Origin: the human T2T-CHM13v2.0 reference genome, Homo sapiens
Length of the DNA: 64,000 bases
Assembly: GCF_009914755.1 (NCBI RefSeq)
Contig: NC_060926.1
Reading direction: 5' to 3' (one strand)
This document shows, in pieces, positions 53,036-64,000 of the stretch (within the stretch, counting starts at the first letter, position 1; each line of letters starts with the position of its first letter). The translations under genes and the position numbers were made by a program. The notes under the pieces were generated by a model. The model ran no database searches. It was not told the DNA's origin and was given only the letters and a program-made list of their open reading frames with translations.

Positions 53036-53959
53036 CCAGAGAGACAGTCCCTCACTCTTGCAGCTTTAACACTTGAATGCAGTCAGTGTCTTCTTAGCCT
53101 ACTTTTGTGTCATCCCTCTTTTCTCTTTAGCAGAGACCAGACTATTAGATTTGTCTTCTTTCATATCAGAAAGGCAAAGAAATTACTATGGTTTTCCTTA
53201 GACCTGTATTTTCTGAGAATAATATAGACAACCTCAGACAGCCCAGGGTGAGCTTCCTTTTCAAAACTGCTTTCAGATGGGATGTCTTCTACCTCGTAGG
53301 TTCACCTTCCCTGTAATTTCTGTAATTCAAACAGGCCTCATAAACCACAACTGATCTTTAAGAAGTCACCTTTCAGATTGTCTCCCAAAAAAAATTTAAA
53401 CTCCTAAGTGAAAGATGAAGTAATATGATATAAAAGAAAATCTAATGATACCCTTAAAATAAGATTTTACTCAGGCAAACTAAAAGGCCTACTAAAGAAA
53501 ATTATCTTTGACCTTTACTTTCGATTTCTTATGTAATCCTACCCAGTTGCTTTTCCAACAATAAGAGAAAAATTACATTTAAAAATATTTTGATATTTAT
53601 TTAAGGGAATTCTACTATTGGCTCTCAAAGGAAGTTTTAATTTTATTTGAAAGGCAAAGCAAATTTTAGATTAATCTTAGCCTCTGAGTTTAAAAATGCA
53701 AATGTTTCCAATAATAATGATAATTGACATGCCAGCACATGACATTTGCTTTGAGAATATTAAAGCTGAGGAAATATGGATATAAACATTCAACATTAAA
53801 CTTTGAGATAATTATATTAATCCTAAATGAATAATAATTCTTCAAAAATAAAAATAATCTTTAAATGCTAAAAGAATCAACATAATCACATTTATTTATG
53901 CTATGCAAGTATACATACTGTGTGGAAGAATCCAGAAGCAGGGTTGATACCTGACACTC

Positions 53960-54125
53960 TAGCCAGAATCTGATGAGACTGATAGTTTGGAACTCAGTCC
54001 CTTTCCTTACAAACTAGGTTGTCTTGGGCAAGTAATTTAACTTTGCTGAGCCTCATTTTCTAAATCTATAAAATAATAACAACCTATCAAATCTTTCTGC
54101 ATTAATCACATGTTAAATGAGGATA
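53960..54125 (+). mobile_element. MIR
   Basis: tcttgggcaagtaatttaactttgctgagcctcattttctaaatctataaaat. Confidence 0.75.
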
Positions 54126-54351
54126 AAGACACCTTTTAATTAGAATTTTCAAATATCTAAACTGTGGTGCTTGCAAAGTTTCACATTCTTTTCACGTTTG
54201 TAAAATTGAAAACATTTTACTAGTCCCCATAAATCTGAAAAAGAATTTCTAATTCTAGTTTTCGAAATTCAAAAGAAAAAGAGGCACGTTTCTGTCTTAT
54301 TAATGTATGGTTTTCTTCTTGTTTTCCTTCGACGGTCGTCTGTAACCTCCC

Positions 54352-54909
54352 TTTTGTTTTGTTTAGGTTTTTAATCGACAAATAATAATTTTACTTATTT
54401 ATAGGGTACAATGTGTTGTTTTGATGTATGATTAAATCAGGGTAATTAACAAATCCAATGCTTCATATACTTACCATTTTTTTGTGGTAAAAACATTTAA
54501 AATCTACCCCCTTAGCAATTTTGAAATATACAGTGCATTATGATTTATTATAGTCAGCATTCTGTACAGTAAATCACTAAAGCTTATTTCTTCTATCTAT
54601 GGAAACTTTGTACTCTTTAATCAACATTCCCCTTTTGCCATCCAACTCCCCACCTCCAGCCTCTGGTAACCACCATTCTACTCTTTATGACTTCACCTTT
54701 TTTAGATTCCACCCGTAAGTGAGATCATGCAGTATTTGTCCTTTTACACCTAGCTTATTTCACTTAGCATAGTGTCCCCCGATTTCATCCAAGTTGTCAA
54801 AAATGACAGGATTTCCTCCCCTTTTAAGGCTGAATAGTATTTCATTATGCATATATACCACATTTTTTTAATCCATTTATCAGTTGATGGACACCCAGGT
54901 TGCTTCCAT
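54352..54909 (-). mobile_element. L1MA (L1MA7/8-like) 3' end
   Basis: ttagcaattttgaaatatac...cagcctctggtaaccaccattctactc...ttagattccacccgtaagtgagatcatgcagtatttgtc. Confidence 0.88.
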
Positions 54910-55514
54910 GTAATCTTGACCTAAGTTACAAATTTGCGAACTCTTTAGATTCTTATATCCTTAGTATATGAGAAATATTTAAATCAATAAAGCATCATAA
55001 TTGTAAAAAAAAAAAAAAAACAGAAGAACAAATATGACTGTGGCAGCATCAATAGAAACCAATTGGTTTGTGTAAATTAAAAAAAAAATCAGATAAAACT
55101 GAAATCAGTCACTTAGAACAATATTTTAAAATCAGTATCCTGAGCATATGGTCATGTCTGGGTTTTCATTTCCAAAAGAGTAAATCCCTGAAGATACTTT
55201 GCATATTTTTATCCTCTCAGTTAGACTTTGCTCTTTAAAATAAAACCTACCCTGGTTAACACCGTATCTCCAGAGAAAAACACAATGCCTGCTACTTAAT
55301 AGGTGTTAACTTTTTATGTAATTGATGAATGAACCAATGAAAAATGTATAATAATTCTTAAGAAACAACAAGTAGTGTTATCTACTCATAGCCAAGTGAA
55401 AGGACAACTAAATATTCTGAAGAATAGCGCAAAAATTGTGCTTACCCCTTTAAAATACAAGTGATATCAATCGTTTACTAGTTCCAAACAAAGCACTTTC
55501 TTTGCATTTGCTTG

Positions 55515-55710
55515 AGGCAGTAGAGCATAATGGTTTGGGGCAGGCATACTTTTTGGGTCAGATGAGAATGGGTTAGAATCCAGGCTGTCCTTATAAACAC
55601 CATTAACTTGGGCAAGTACTTTCATTTGTTGAGACTCATTTTCTTTCTTGCAAAACTGGGAAAATCAATTTTAACTTATGACGCTACTGAAAGATTTAAA
55701 TGGCAACATT
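55515..55710 (+). mobile_element. MIR
   Basis: gaggcagtagagcataatggtt...gggttagaatccaggct...aacttgggcaagtact. Confidence 0.7.
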
Positions 55711-56609
55711 TTACTGGCTATTTGTTAAGTTGCATACCTGAGAGGACTCCTAGCCCTAAGAGTGAAAAATTAAATCAATATTATTTCTGAACAACTTTAC
55801 TTAACAATTATAAGAGCTGAGTAAGAAAGAAAGAAAATTTGTATTATATGAGATGCATACAAAATATTTTAGCATAAACCAGAAATATTTTTGCATAAGC
55901 CAAGAAAAGAGACAAAATGTTAACAGATTTAAGTGGTTAGAAATGTGCTTGACATTCATGAAAATGCAGTATTCCTTATACAAAAATAACAATTTAGTTT
56001 TATTAGGAAATACAGAAAACTTGAATAGAAATCTATTTCAGAAATACACTCAGAAATACTTAAATATGAATCCACAGTGAGCTGATTTATTTTGGGCATT
56101 AATTAGGTATTCTATTACATTATCAATCTTTTGATATTCTGCATTGCTGGCCTCATAAGACTGTTGCCTGAGTGAAACACATCTAAAGACTACCTCAATC
56201 TACCTTAAAGTTAAGGAGTAGCAGAGAACAAATGGCTGAATAAAGAGCTCCTCACATTTTATAAAACATTTCATTGTCTACTGCAAGCTACTTAGCTCAA
56301 TTTAAATACTGAAATCCATCTTTAGCCTTCCAAATTATGTTTCTTATCAGCAATGTTAGTGTAGGTATTACTCTGAAAACTATTATAAACAGTGTAAAAA
56401 ATATGTATGTAAGTCATGAAAATCATTCTGTTTCCCATAATGAAATCAAAAGCTCATTGCGTGTGGATGAAAGAAAAAATTGAGAGAACAGAGAGATGGT
56501 TTTAAGGAATATTTTGGTGATACTGCAAACCAACATGTAATGTTTTAAATTTATCATTAATTCTTCTTGATATTGCTTAGAATTCCAGCCATGTAGGACC
56601 TAAAAGAAT

Positions 56610-57068
56610 TGTTCTGGGTTGAATTGTGGCACCCCCTCAGAGAGTATGCTATAAGCCTAACCCTCAGAACTTCAGAATGTGACCTTATATGGAAATAACG
56701 TCTCTACAAATGTTAAAATGAGGTCATTTGTGTGGGCTCCAATCCAGTATGACTGGCGTCTTTATAAAAAGGTGAAATTTGGTCACAGGGACAGACATGC
56801 ACAGAAAGAAGATATTGTGAAGACACACCGGGAGAAGCTGGCTGTATGACTAGAGTGACGCATCTGCAAGTGAAAGAACACCAAGGACCACCAGGGAAAA
56901 CCAGAAGTTAAAAGAAGCAGAGAATAATCATCCTAGAGTCATCAGAGGGAGCACTGCCCTGTCAGTACCATGATTTCAGACGTCTATCCTCCAGAACCGA
57001 GACAATAAATGTCAATAAACCACCAATGTCTTCAAACTTTGGTACTGAAGCCCTAGGAAACTAACACA
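56610..57068 (+). mobile_element. MaLR solo LTR (MLT1C-like)
   Basis: tgttctgggttgaattgtgg...cagaatgtgaccttatatggaaata...gccctaggaaactaacaca. Confidence 0.85.
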
Positions 57069-57699
57069 GGGACATTCCAGAGCTTACAGTCCCATAAGCC
57101 AAAACACTGAGGTGAAAAAAGGTGAAATCTTGCTGACCAAGATCTTACAGTTACTTCAGACAGAACTCTAGAATCAAGAGCCTGGTTTTCTTGACTTTAA
57201 GTTTAGGCCTGTCATTTCCCCTTGGAGAACTGACAGATTGGAAATGCTAAATTTTAAAAAAGTTCATCAAGTTAATTCCTTTAAGCTATTTTATTTAGTG
57301 ACTTCTGTTTAAACTAAAAATAAATATTGTGACTCTGCCCTTTTGATTTTTTTCTAAGTAGCCATGCTCCAATTTCTGAAGCCTTTTTAATCTAAAAGAT
57401 AAAATTGAAATTCTTATTAACTTAGTTGATACTTCATTTTTATCTCATGATCCCTTTACTATTACATGCAAGAGGATGTGAAATTTAAAAACTATGATTA
57501 AAATTTTACAACAAAAACTATGAGGAAAAGGAAAGTGTCATAAAATACCATCAGTTATTTTAGTTAAATAGTCATTTTCTCATAATGTTTGAATTATTGT
57601 AACCTCCCCTAAGGTATCAATATTTTTAACACACAGATATCACGGAACATCTCCTTTCTGATGTTACTTGTAGGAACAATTATTTATTTAACTAATTTT

Positions 57700-58105
57700 T
57701 GAAACCGATGAGGCCAGAGAAAGATCTTCATGCATCTTTGCATCTCTAGCATCTAGGGCCACACCAAACACAAAGTTGGTGTTCCATAAAGGATGAATAA
57801 TACATCAATTCAACAAGTATCTATTTATCAGATACTATGAGCTAGACAGTCCTCTATATGCTGAGTATAGGATAATAAAGAAAACACATAAGAATGCTTG
57901 TCATTATTGAGCTTATGTTCTAGTGAGTACAGACAGAGAAGAAATAAGATAATTAAATTAGACGGTATATTGGAAAGTAATTCTCCTCAGAACTAAGGAG
58001 AAAAATAAGGCGGGGAGCAAAATTTAGGGAATATGGTTGTTGCTATTTTAAGTAGGGTGGGAGGGGAAGGTTGTAGAATTTCAACTTGACATTTGACACT
58101 TGAGC
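57700..58105. mobile_element. Two L2 3' ends, tail to tail
   Basis: ctagcatctagggcc...ataaaggatgaat (+) then ttcaacaagtatctatttatcagatactatgagctagacagt (-). Confidence 0.55.
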
Positions 58106-61100
58106 AAAATATTAAAGAATGTTTCAGCATGGCTGAAAGCTTTAAATCCTAGTTGTGTCTTTTCACTTCTAATAAATAAGAGGACACTGATTCCCAGTGT
58201 ACCCAGGATGGTCCTACTTTTACATGTATTTAATCCTAGTTTAACTATTAATAACTCCTCCTGTAATTCTTACTGGAATCTCAGATTGAATGATATATAG
58301 TCTCATTATTTAGATCATTATCTCTACATAATAGTTACAAATGTTTGTTAAATGAATGAGTTTTTAAAAAGGTATATCTCAGTCTCACATTTTATCATTT
58401 TTATTTGTCAAGCTGTTTAACCACTTTAAGCAGCAACTTTGCCATCAATCTCAAAACCGTGAAACCAAGATTGATGCTGGGAGAGTCTTTTAATATCCTT
58501 AGGTGAAAAACTCAAAAGATACACTTATGATTAACATCAACAATAACAATTTTCTCTCACTATGTAAGTTTTATTTAGTATCCCCCTTGTCTTTCATTTC
58601 ACCGCTGAGACGAACATCTTTATAGAGGTCCAGATGGTGCAGAGAGATTATGACAATGAAAAGTAGCTCATGCTGAGGGCCTCAAGGAAAAACACGTCTC
58701 GGCTTGCCTGACAGACCAATTTCAATTACGTACTTACTATGCCCCTCAACAGCTGAGGTGCTCCCTCTTACCATGCCTTGTGCAACTTCGGATAACACCT
58801 GAGGGGATTCATGGTTACACACAAAAGAGAAGCGACATGGACAAGTAAAATTCTTCCTACTTTACATAAGTGATGCCACACCCATTTTAGAAATAGGGGA
58901 TTCATCACAAATGATCCACTCTATAGAAATCTCATGTTTTCTGAGAGTAAATCTTAAGAGAGGACTTCAGGGTTCCTTGTTATGAGGACATTTTGAAACA
59001 TCACGTGTTTGTCAGGCTGGCCCAAACAATTTCTACAGGCAGGTTGTCAGAAGAAGATGCCTTCACCTCAGATGTGTAACGCTTACTTCCCTCAACCCCC
59101 ATTTCAGTTTCAGAAAGAAGTGCTAATTAGAACTGGGGTAGCTTTTGCGAGTCTGCATAAATTCAGCTATGTCAACGTTGCTTCTGCCCCTCTGCAAAGT
59201 GGAAAACAGTGATGTTCTACATACCATGTTAATGTAGAAATAACTTCTATGCTCATTTAGCCACTTCAGCACATCCAGGAAAATGACATTATGAATGAGC
59301 TACATTACCTAGAGGAAAGAGACAGACTAAATGTGGACTTCTATACAACTTAATATGCATCTAATGTACAACTTAAGCAGTATCTTCCACACTAAATGAC
59401 AGGCAAGTTATCTCCATACATCAGTATATGTTAAGGACATGACACAGCTTTATTGTTGAAGGAATTTGAAATTTCCAGCCATACCTGGATTTTCCTATAT
59501 CCATTTATTAGTCAGCTACTTGCAGAAGTCAAAGTAATTGCCACATTCATTACTGTGTTTGCCTCCATTTAATCAGTTTTGCTTAAGCTTCTCCTATCCT
59601 CCTCTGGAATCCAGACAAGCAAAGGCCACTATCAAAAAGTGACAATGTTACATATGTATACGTATGTGTGCACATTTTGCCACTGCTAAAATCCCTTTAT
59701 TTGCGTTATGTAAATGACCTACGTTAGTCACAGGACATTTACCTCAATTTAATATCTGTTATTTAGAGTGCTTGTTTCTGGCAAGACAAATGTCAACAGT
59801 TTTTGAAAACTAAGCACTGTTTATTGTTTAGCTGGCAGTTATAAATAACCACATCTAACATTTCTGTTATGTCTTTGGGAAAAAAAATTGTAATTTTTGT
59901 AAACCAAAGTGTTTCACGAGAAATTGCCACAGATTATTCCATAAGATCTTTCTTTATATTTCCAGCTCCCATTCTCTCCTCTTGTATTACATAACTATTT
60001 ACTAGCCCTACAATGCACATATCTGATATTGAACTTACTGAATTATAGTCTGGTGAGTTGAATAAATTCTTTGTCATTTTTGGAAGGAACAAAGTCTGTG
60101 TATGCATTGACACACCTAAGTTTCATTAACCAACAAACAAAATTATATGCAAAGTGTCTTTCATTTTGACTACATAATATCAAATAACTAGCTTGAATGA
60201 ATTTTATAGCCCCAACTGGACATCATCTCCATTTACAGAAGCCATGTGGGTCAAGTACCCAGCATCTTTCTGGGCACCTCATCTGTGAGTGGACAGGTTA
60301 CCTGTCACCAGCAAAAATGCTTACCAATTATTAACCTTCCATTAAATCATCACCCAACACTTGGCCCTATTGTAATTACCCCCTTCAAATGGCTTTTCTA
60401 TTACTATTTAAGGTCTGATTTAGATCACAGATATGTGTTAATATATCCATATCTGGGAACAGTGAGGAGCAGAAGGAAAAACATAGGCTAACAATTAATG
60501 GAGGGAAGAATGTGTCTTAGGCAATTTCTTAGATCATCTTTAGAGAATACAGGACAACTGTAAGTAAATTACACATTGTACAGCATTGAAAAGTCCTTGG
60601 ATTTGACTCTATAAGGAAACCACAGTACACTCATTAAGTTAGCACCAAACAGTTATGGGATCCAAGTCAAAATTATATAATAAAGGATGAATACAACAAT
60701 GGCATTCAGGGTGTCAGCATTGGAAATATCTGCTTTAGCGTCTAAATATTTATTTGCTATACCTGGGAACTAATCTGATATCCATTTGTGTAGTTTGATC
60801 AATTTGTCTGTGAGTAATAAATTAGTAACCCACTACAAACTAGAAAAAAGTGTACATAAATGACCCCCAAAGTGGTTGACCTCTACATGTTCATGGGATG
60901 ACTTTTCATAGAACCCCTTCAATTATCACATTGGTATTAGCAAGACCAATATTTTTATTTACAGATTTTCATGTAAGTGTGCATTCCCTCCCTTTTATGT
61001 AGCAGACATTTTATCCTGGCTAGAAAATCAGGTTTTTTAGACACTGTAATTGTTCTAGTCTTAAGATTACAGAATAGGATTATACAGTATACAAACGTAC

Positions 61101-61859
61101 TGTTAAAAGGATTTTATGCTTATTCCTATCCCCTCGGTATTTAATAAGAGAGAATCCAAATCATTTACAGATGTCTGTGGGTAGTAAAGAAAAAGTCTAT
61201 GTGTATAGTACTCATTATCGCTAAAGAAAAATAAACAGATCTGTGAGCGAGAAGGCAGGGAAGATGCTGGCTACCTGGAATATAAGACAGACACATACTG
61301 AGACCTGGACCCAGGGACAAGAAACCTTAGTTCATTCAAGCTCCTGTCTTCCTGGAAGGGATATCCCTATGGCTCTTCTTCCACAAGCCATTATTCCACA
61401 AACAATTAACTCCTTTAATTAAAACATTTTTCCTCCAATGGAGACTTTGCAAAAATGTTGAAAATCTCATGAATTTAAACCTGAACAGAAGGTACAATAT
61501 TTTTCAATATATTAAATTCTTGCTCCTGTTGTTTAAGTCTAGTTTTCCTGATAGAAAAAAACAACTGGATCAAAGAAAATGAGATAGTAATGGAGGAAAG
61601 TGATATTTTGGTTTTGAAATAAAGATGAGAGACTTTCCTTTTTCATAAGGACTTTAGACTTTTCCCCTAGTAACCTAAAATACACCTTTGCCTTTTATGG
61701 AATTGTCCCACTTGCCATTTCATTTCACTTCATTTCATTTCATTTCATTGGTAATGGGTGGAAGCCCATGCAGTGGTAATTGCCAGTGAGAACTGAAACT
61801 ACCTATCCGCCATCCAGGTTACTGTTTACATTAACACACATTTACTATTTCATTGCTCT

Positions 61860-62728
61860 CATTGGTATAACAACTATTCTAGGAGAGCCATGCCCAGGTA
61901 AACAACTTGATGGTTAATTACAGAAAACTCCCAAAAGACTCATCAAGACTGCAGTAGGAAGTATCAACCAACAGTTTATGCCCTAAAACTTCTCTGAACC
62001 CCTTCCCTCAAATGTCTCACAATGCTATTTCCACCAATCCTAACTGTTACATCAGGATCATTATCCAATCTCAACCAAACCCTAACATAAAAAGGTCAGC
62101 CTTAAACCAAACTTCCAACTGTCAATTTATTCTGATTCTGCCTTTACTCTTCTGAGACCTTGCCACAGCCTGGTCTAGGTGGTCACTCTCACTGAAGGAA
62201 GCAATGTGTCGTGAGAAACACGCTCACCTGTCCAAACCCAAAGAATGGACCTGGAGGCACGAAGAACAGCGAAAGTGAGACTTTTAATACTAGTCTTGCA
62301 AGATCGGGTGTCTGGTGAGCAGGCACATCCAGGCAGTCACAACAGGTAATTTATCTCCTAGCACATAAGTCCTTCCCCCAGTTCCTCACTAATCAAGTAC
62401 TATGGCGTTACAATCTTCCCGGACGTCACCTAAGTTTCATTATCCCCCTTGTAAGGTTATACCCTGGTCCACTTCTCCGCTTAAATTTTGATTTCCCAAT
62501 AACAAAACTTTCTTCCCTTTTATAGGCTGACCCTTCGTCTACATTCTGTTCACTTATGGTGACCTTCTAGGTGCATGACCATGTGGTTTGTTACATTTGC
62601 AGGCTGGCTGCCAGTATTTAGATATATCATGCCTTGAAAATGGACCATTGAAATTATATTCTCACATGTACTCAGTTTGTCTTATCAATATTTCGTATAG
62701 GTGGTATTTGGGGAGCAGCCTTTTGACA
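61860..62728 (+). mobile_element. Old ERV1-type LTR (MER110/MER90-like) split by a younger LTR
   Basis: ttctgagacc...ggtggtcactctcactgaaggaagcaat [insert] actcagtttgtcttatcaa...ggtggtatttggggagcagccttttgaca. Confidence 0.55.
62210..62666 (-). mobile_element. ERVL solo LTR (LTR32-like)
   Basis: gtgagaaacacgctcacctgtccaaacccaaagaatggac...gaaagtgagacttttaat...ccttgaaaatggaccatt...ctcaca; ATTAAA on the minus strand. Confidence 0.75.
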
Positions 62729-63006
62729 TCATCCATTTCTTACAAAAAGAGAAGTGTGTGCAGATTAGTGGGAAAGACTGTTCTAGTAAAAAGTATACAT
62801 CATATTATGATAATCCTTCCTGAAGGAAATTTAACCTCTGGTTTCAGACGCCACCCAGGTTTTCCTGCTTTTTCGAATAGTCGGTTCGTCATTCCTCACG
62901 TAAGGAAAGTGGTAAACACACTACCAGAGGCCAGAGCAAGTATCATGGAATGGAAAGTTATAGGAGAGTCATTTAATAAACATATTCACTGCATAGTGTG
63001 GTTTAG

Positions 63007-63306
<300 letters not shown>

Positions 63307-63439
63307 CTCAACTAATCTCTGAATTTAAAAAATTGCCTCTGAGAAAAGTAAGGGAGAGTTCTCTATTTTGTATGGATCCAGAGAATCATTTCAGGCATCA
63401 ACATAATACCAAGAAGAACCAAGCCACAAAACCATTATG

Positions 63440-63620
63440 ATAATGAGCTACCATCTACGAACACTTACTATTTATTGAGTACTTACTATAATCCAGGCAA
63501 TTAGAATATACTGTCACTCTTAATCTTCACATCAGTCTTATCTGGTAGATGTTATCGTCTCAATTTTCAAAAGAAGAAAATGCTTCAGATAGGTTAGGGA
63601 ACCATCCCTGACCACACAAA
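63440..63620 (-). mobile_element. MIR
   Basis: tatttattgagtacttactataatccaggca...ttaatcttcacatcagtctt...gctt cagataggtta. Confidence 0.7.
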
Positions 63621-63629
63621 CTAAAACTC

Positions 63630-63850
63630 CTCTATTCCAATCATCCTCTATTGAAACGTAATGACTTACTTTCTTCATGGCGTTTTTCACCATCTGAAAT
63701 TAGCCTGTTCATTTATTCACTTGTTAACTCTCTGTTTTTCCCTCACAAATTTAAAGTTCAGATTAGGAACCTCACCATCTATCTACCTCTCTAACTCTAC
63801 TGCCTAGAGTGGTACCTGGAATATGGTGGATGCTCGATCTATGTCAAGTG
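63630..63850 (+). mobile_element. L2 3' fragment
   Basis: tttattcacttgttaactctctgtttttccctcac...tgcctagagtggtacctggaatatggtggatgctc. Confidence 0.6.
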
Positions 63851-64000
63851 ATACAGTAGCATATTCCACAAAGAAGCAAGGGCTGAAATATGTGTTTAAA
63901 AATTTCCCCACATAATTCTGATATGCTTACCTCCCTCCCCACCACAGATATGTCTGATATAAATATCTACGCTGACACACTGAAGGAAAAATAAGGCTTT

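Overview
AT-rich, repeat-dense hominid (human-like) DNA from an intron or intergenic region. I recognise no intact protein-coding exon, and almost all ORF-track entries are Alu, L1, SVA or low-complexity artefacts. The window holds about 13 Alu copies, MIR and L2 fossils, old L1M fragments, MaLR/ERVL/ERV1 solo LTRs and DNA-transposon MITEs (MADE1, MER20, MER30, MER46/Tigger4, MER47A). The standout is one 2.17-kb minus-strand retrotransposed chimera (45766-47937) bounded by a 16-bp target-site duplication. It consists of spliced TMEM230 mRNA (5' leader plus codons 1-74), joined through a 15-nt adaptor to an AluSp left arm, then a complete SVA ending in an A-rich tail. This is an SVA carrying a 5' transduction of exon-trapped host mRNA, and it keeps an open 87-codon TMEM230-Alu fusion frame. 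Secondary observations are an old L1 with an internal inversion plus deletion, two template-switch-like local rearrangements, several hairpins, a (GGAA)16 Alu tail and a few candidate non-coding exons. Repeat subfamily names and TMEM230 exon boundaries come from my recall of consensus sequences, not from a search.
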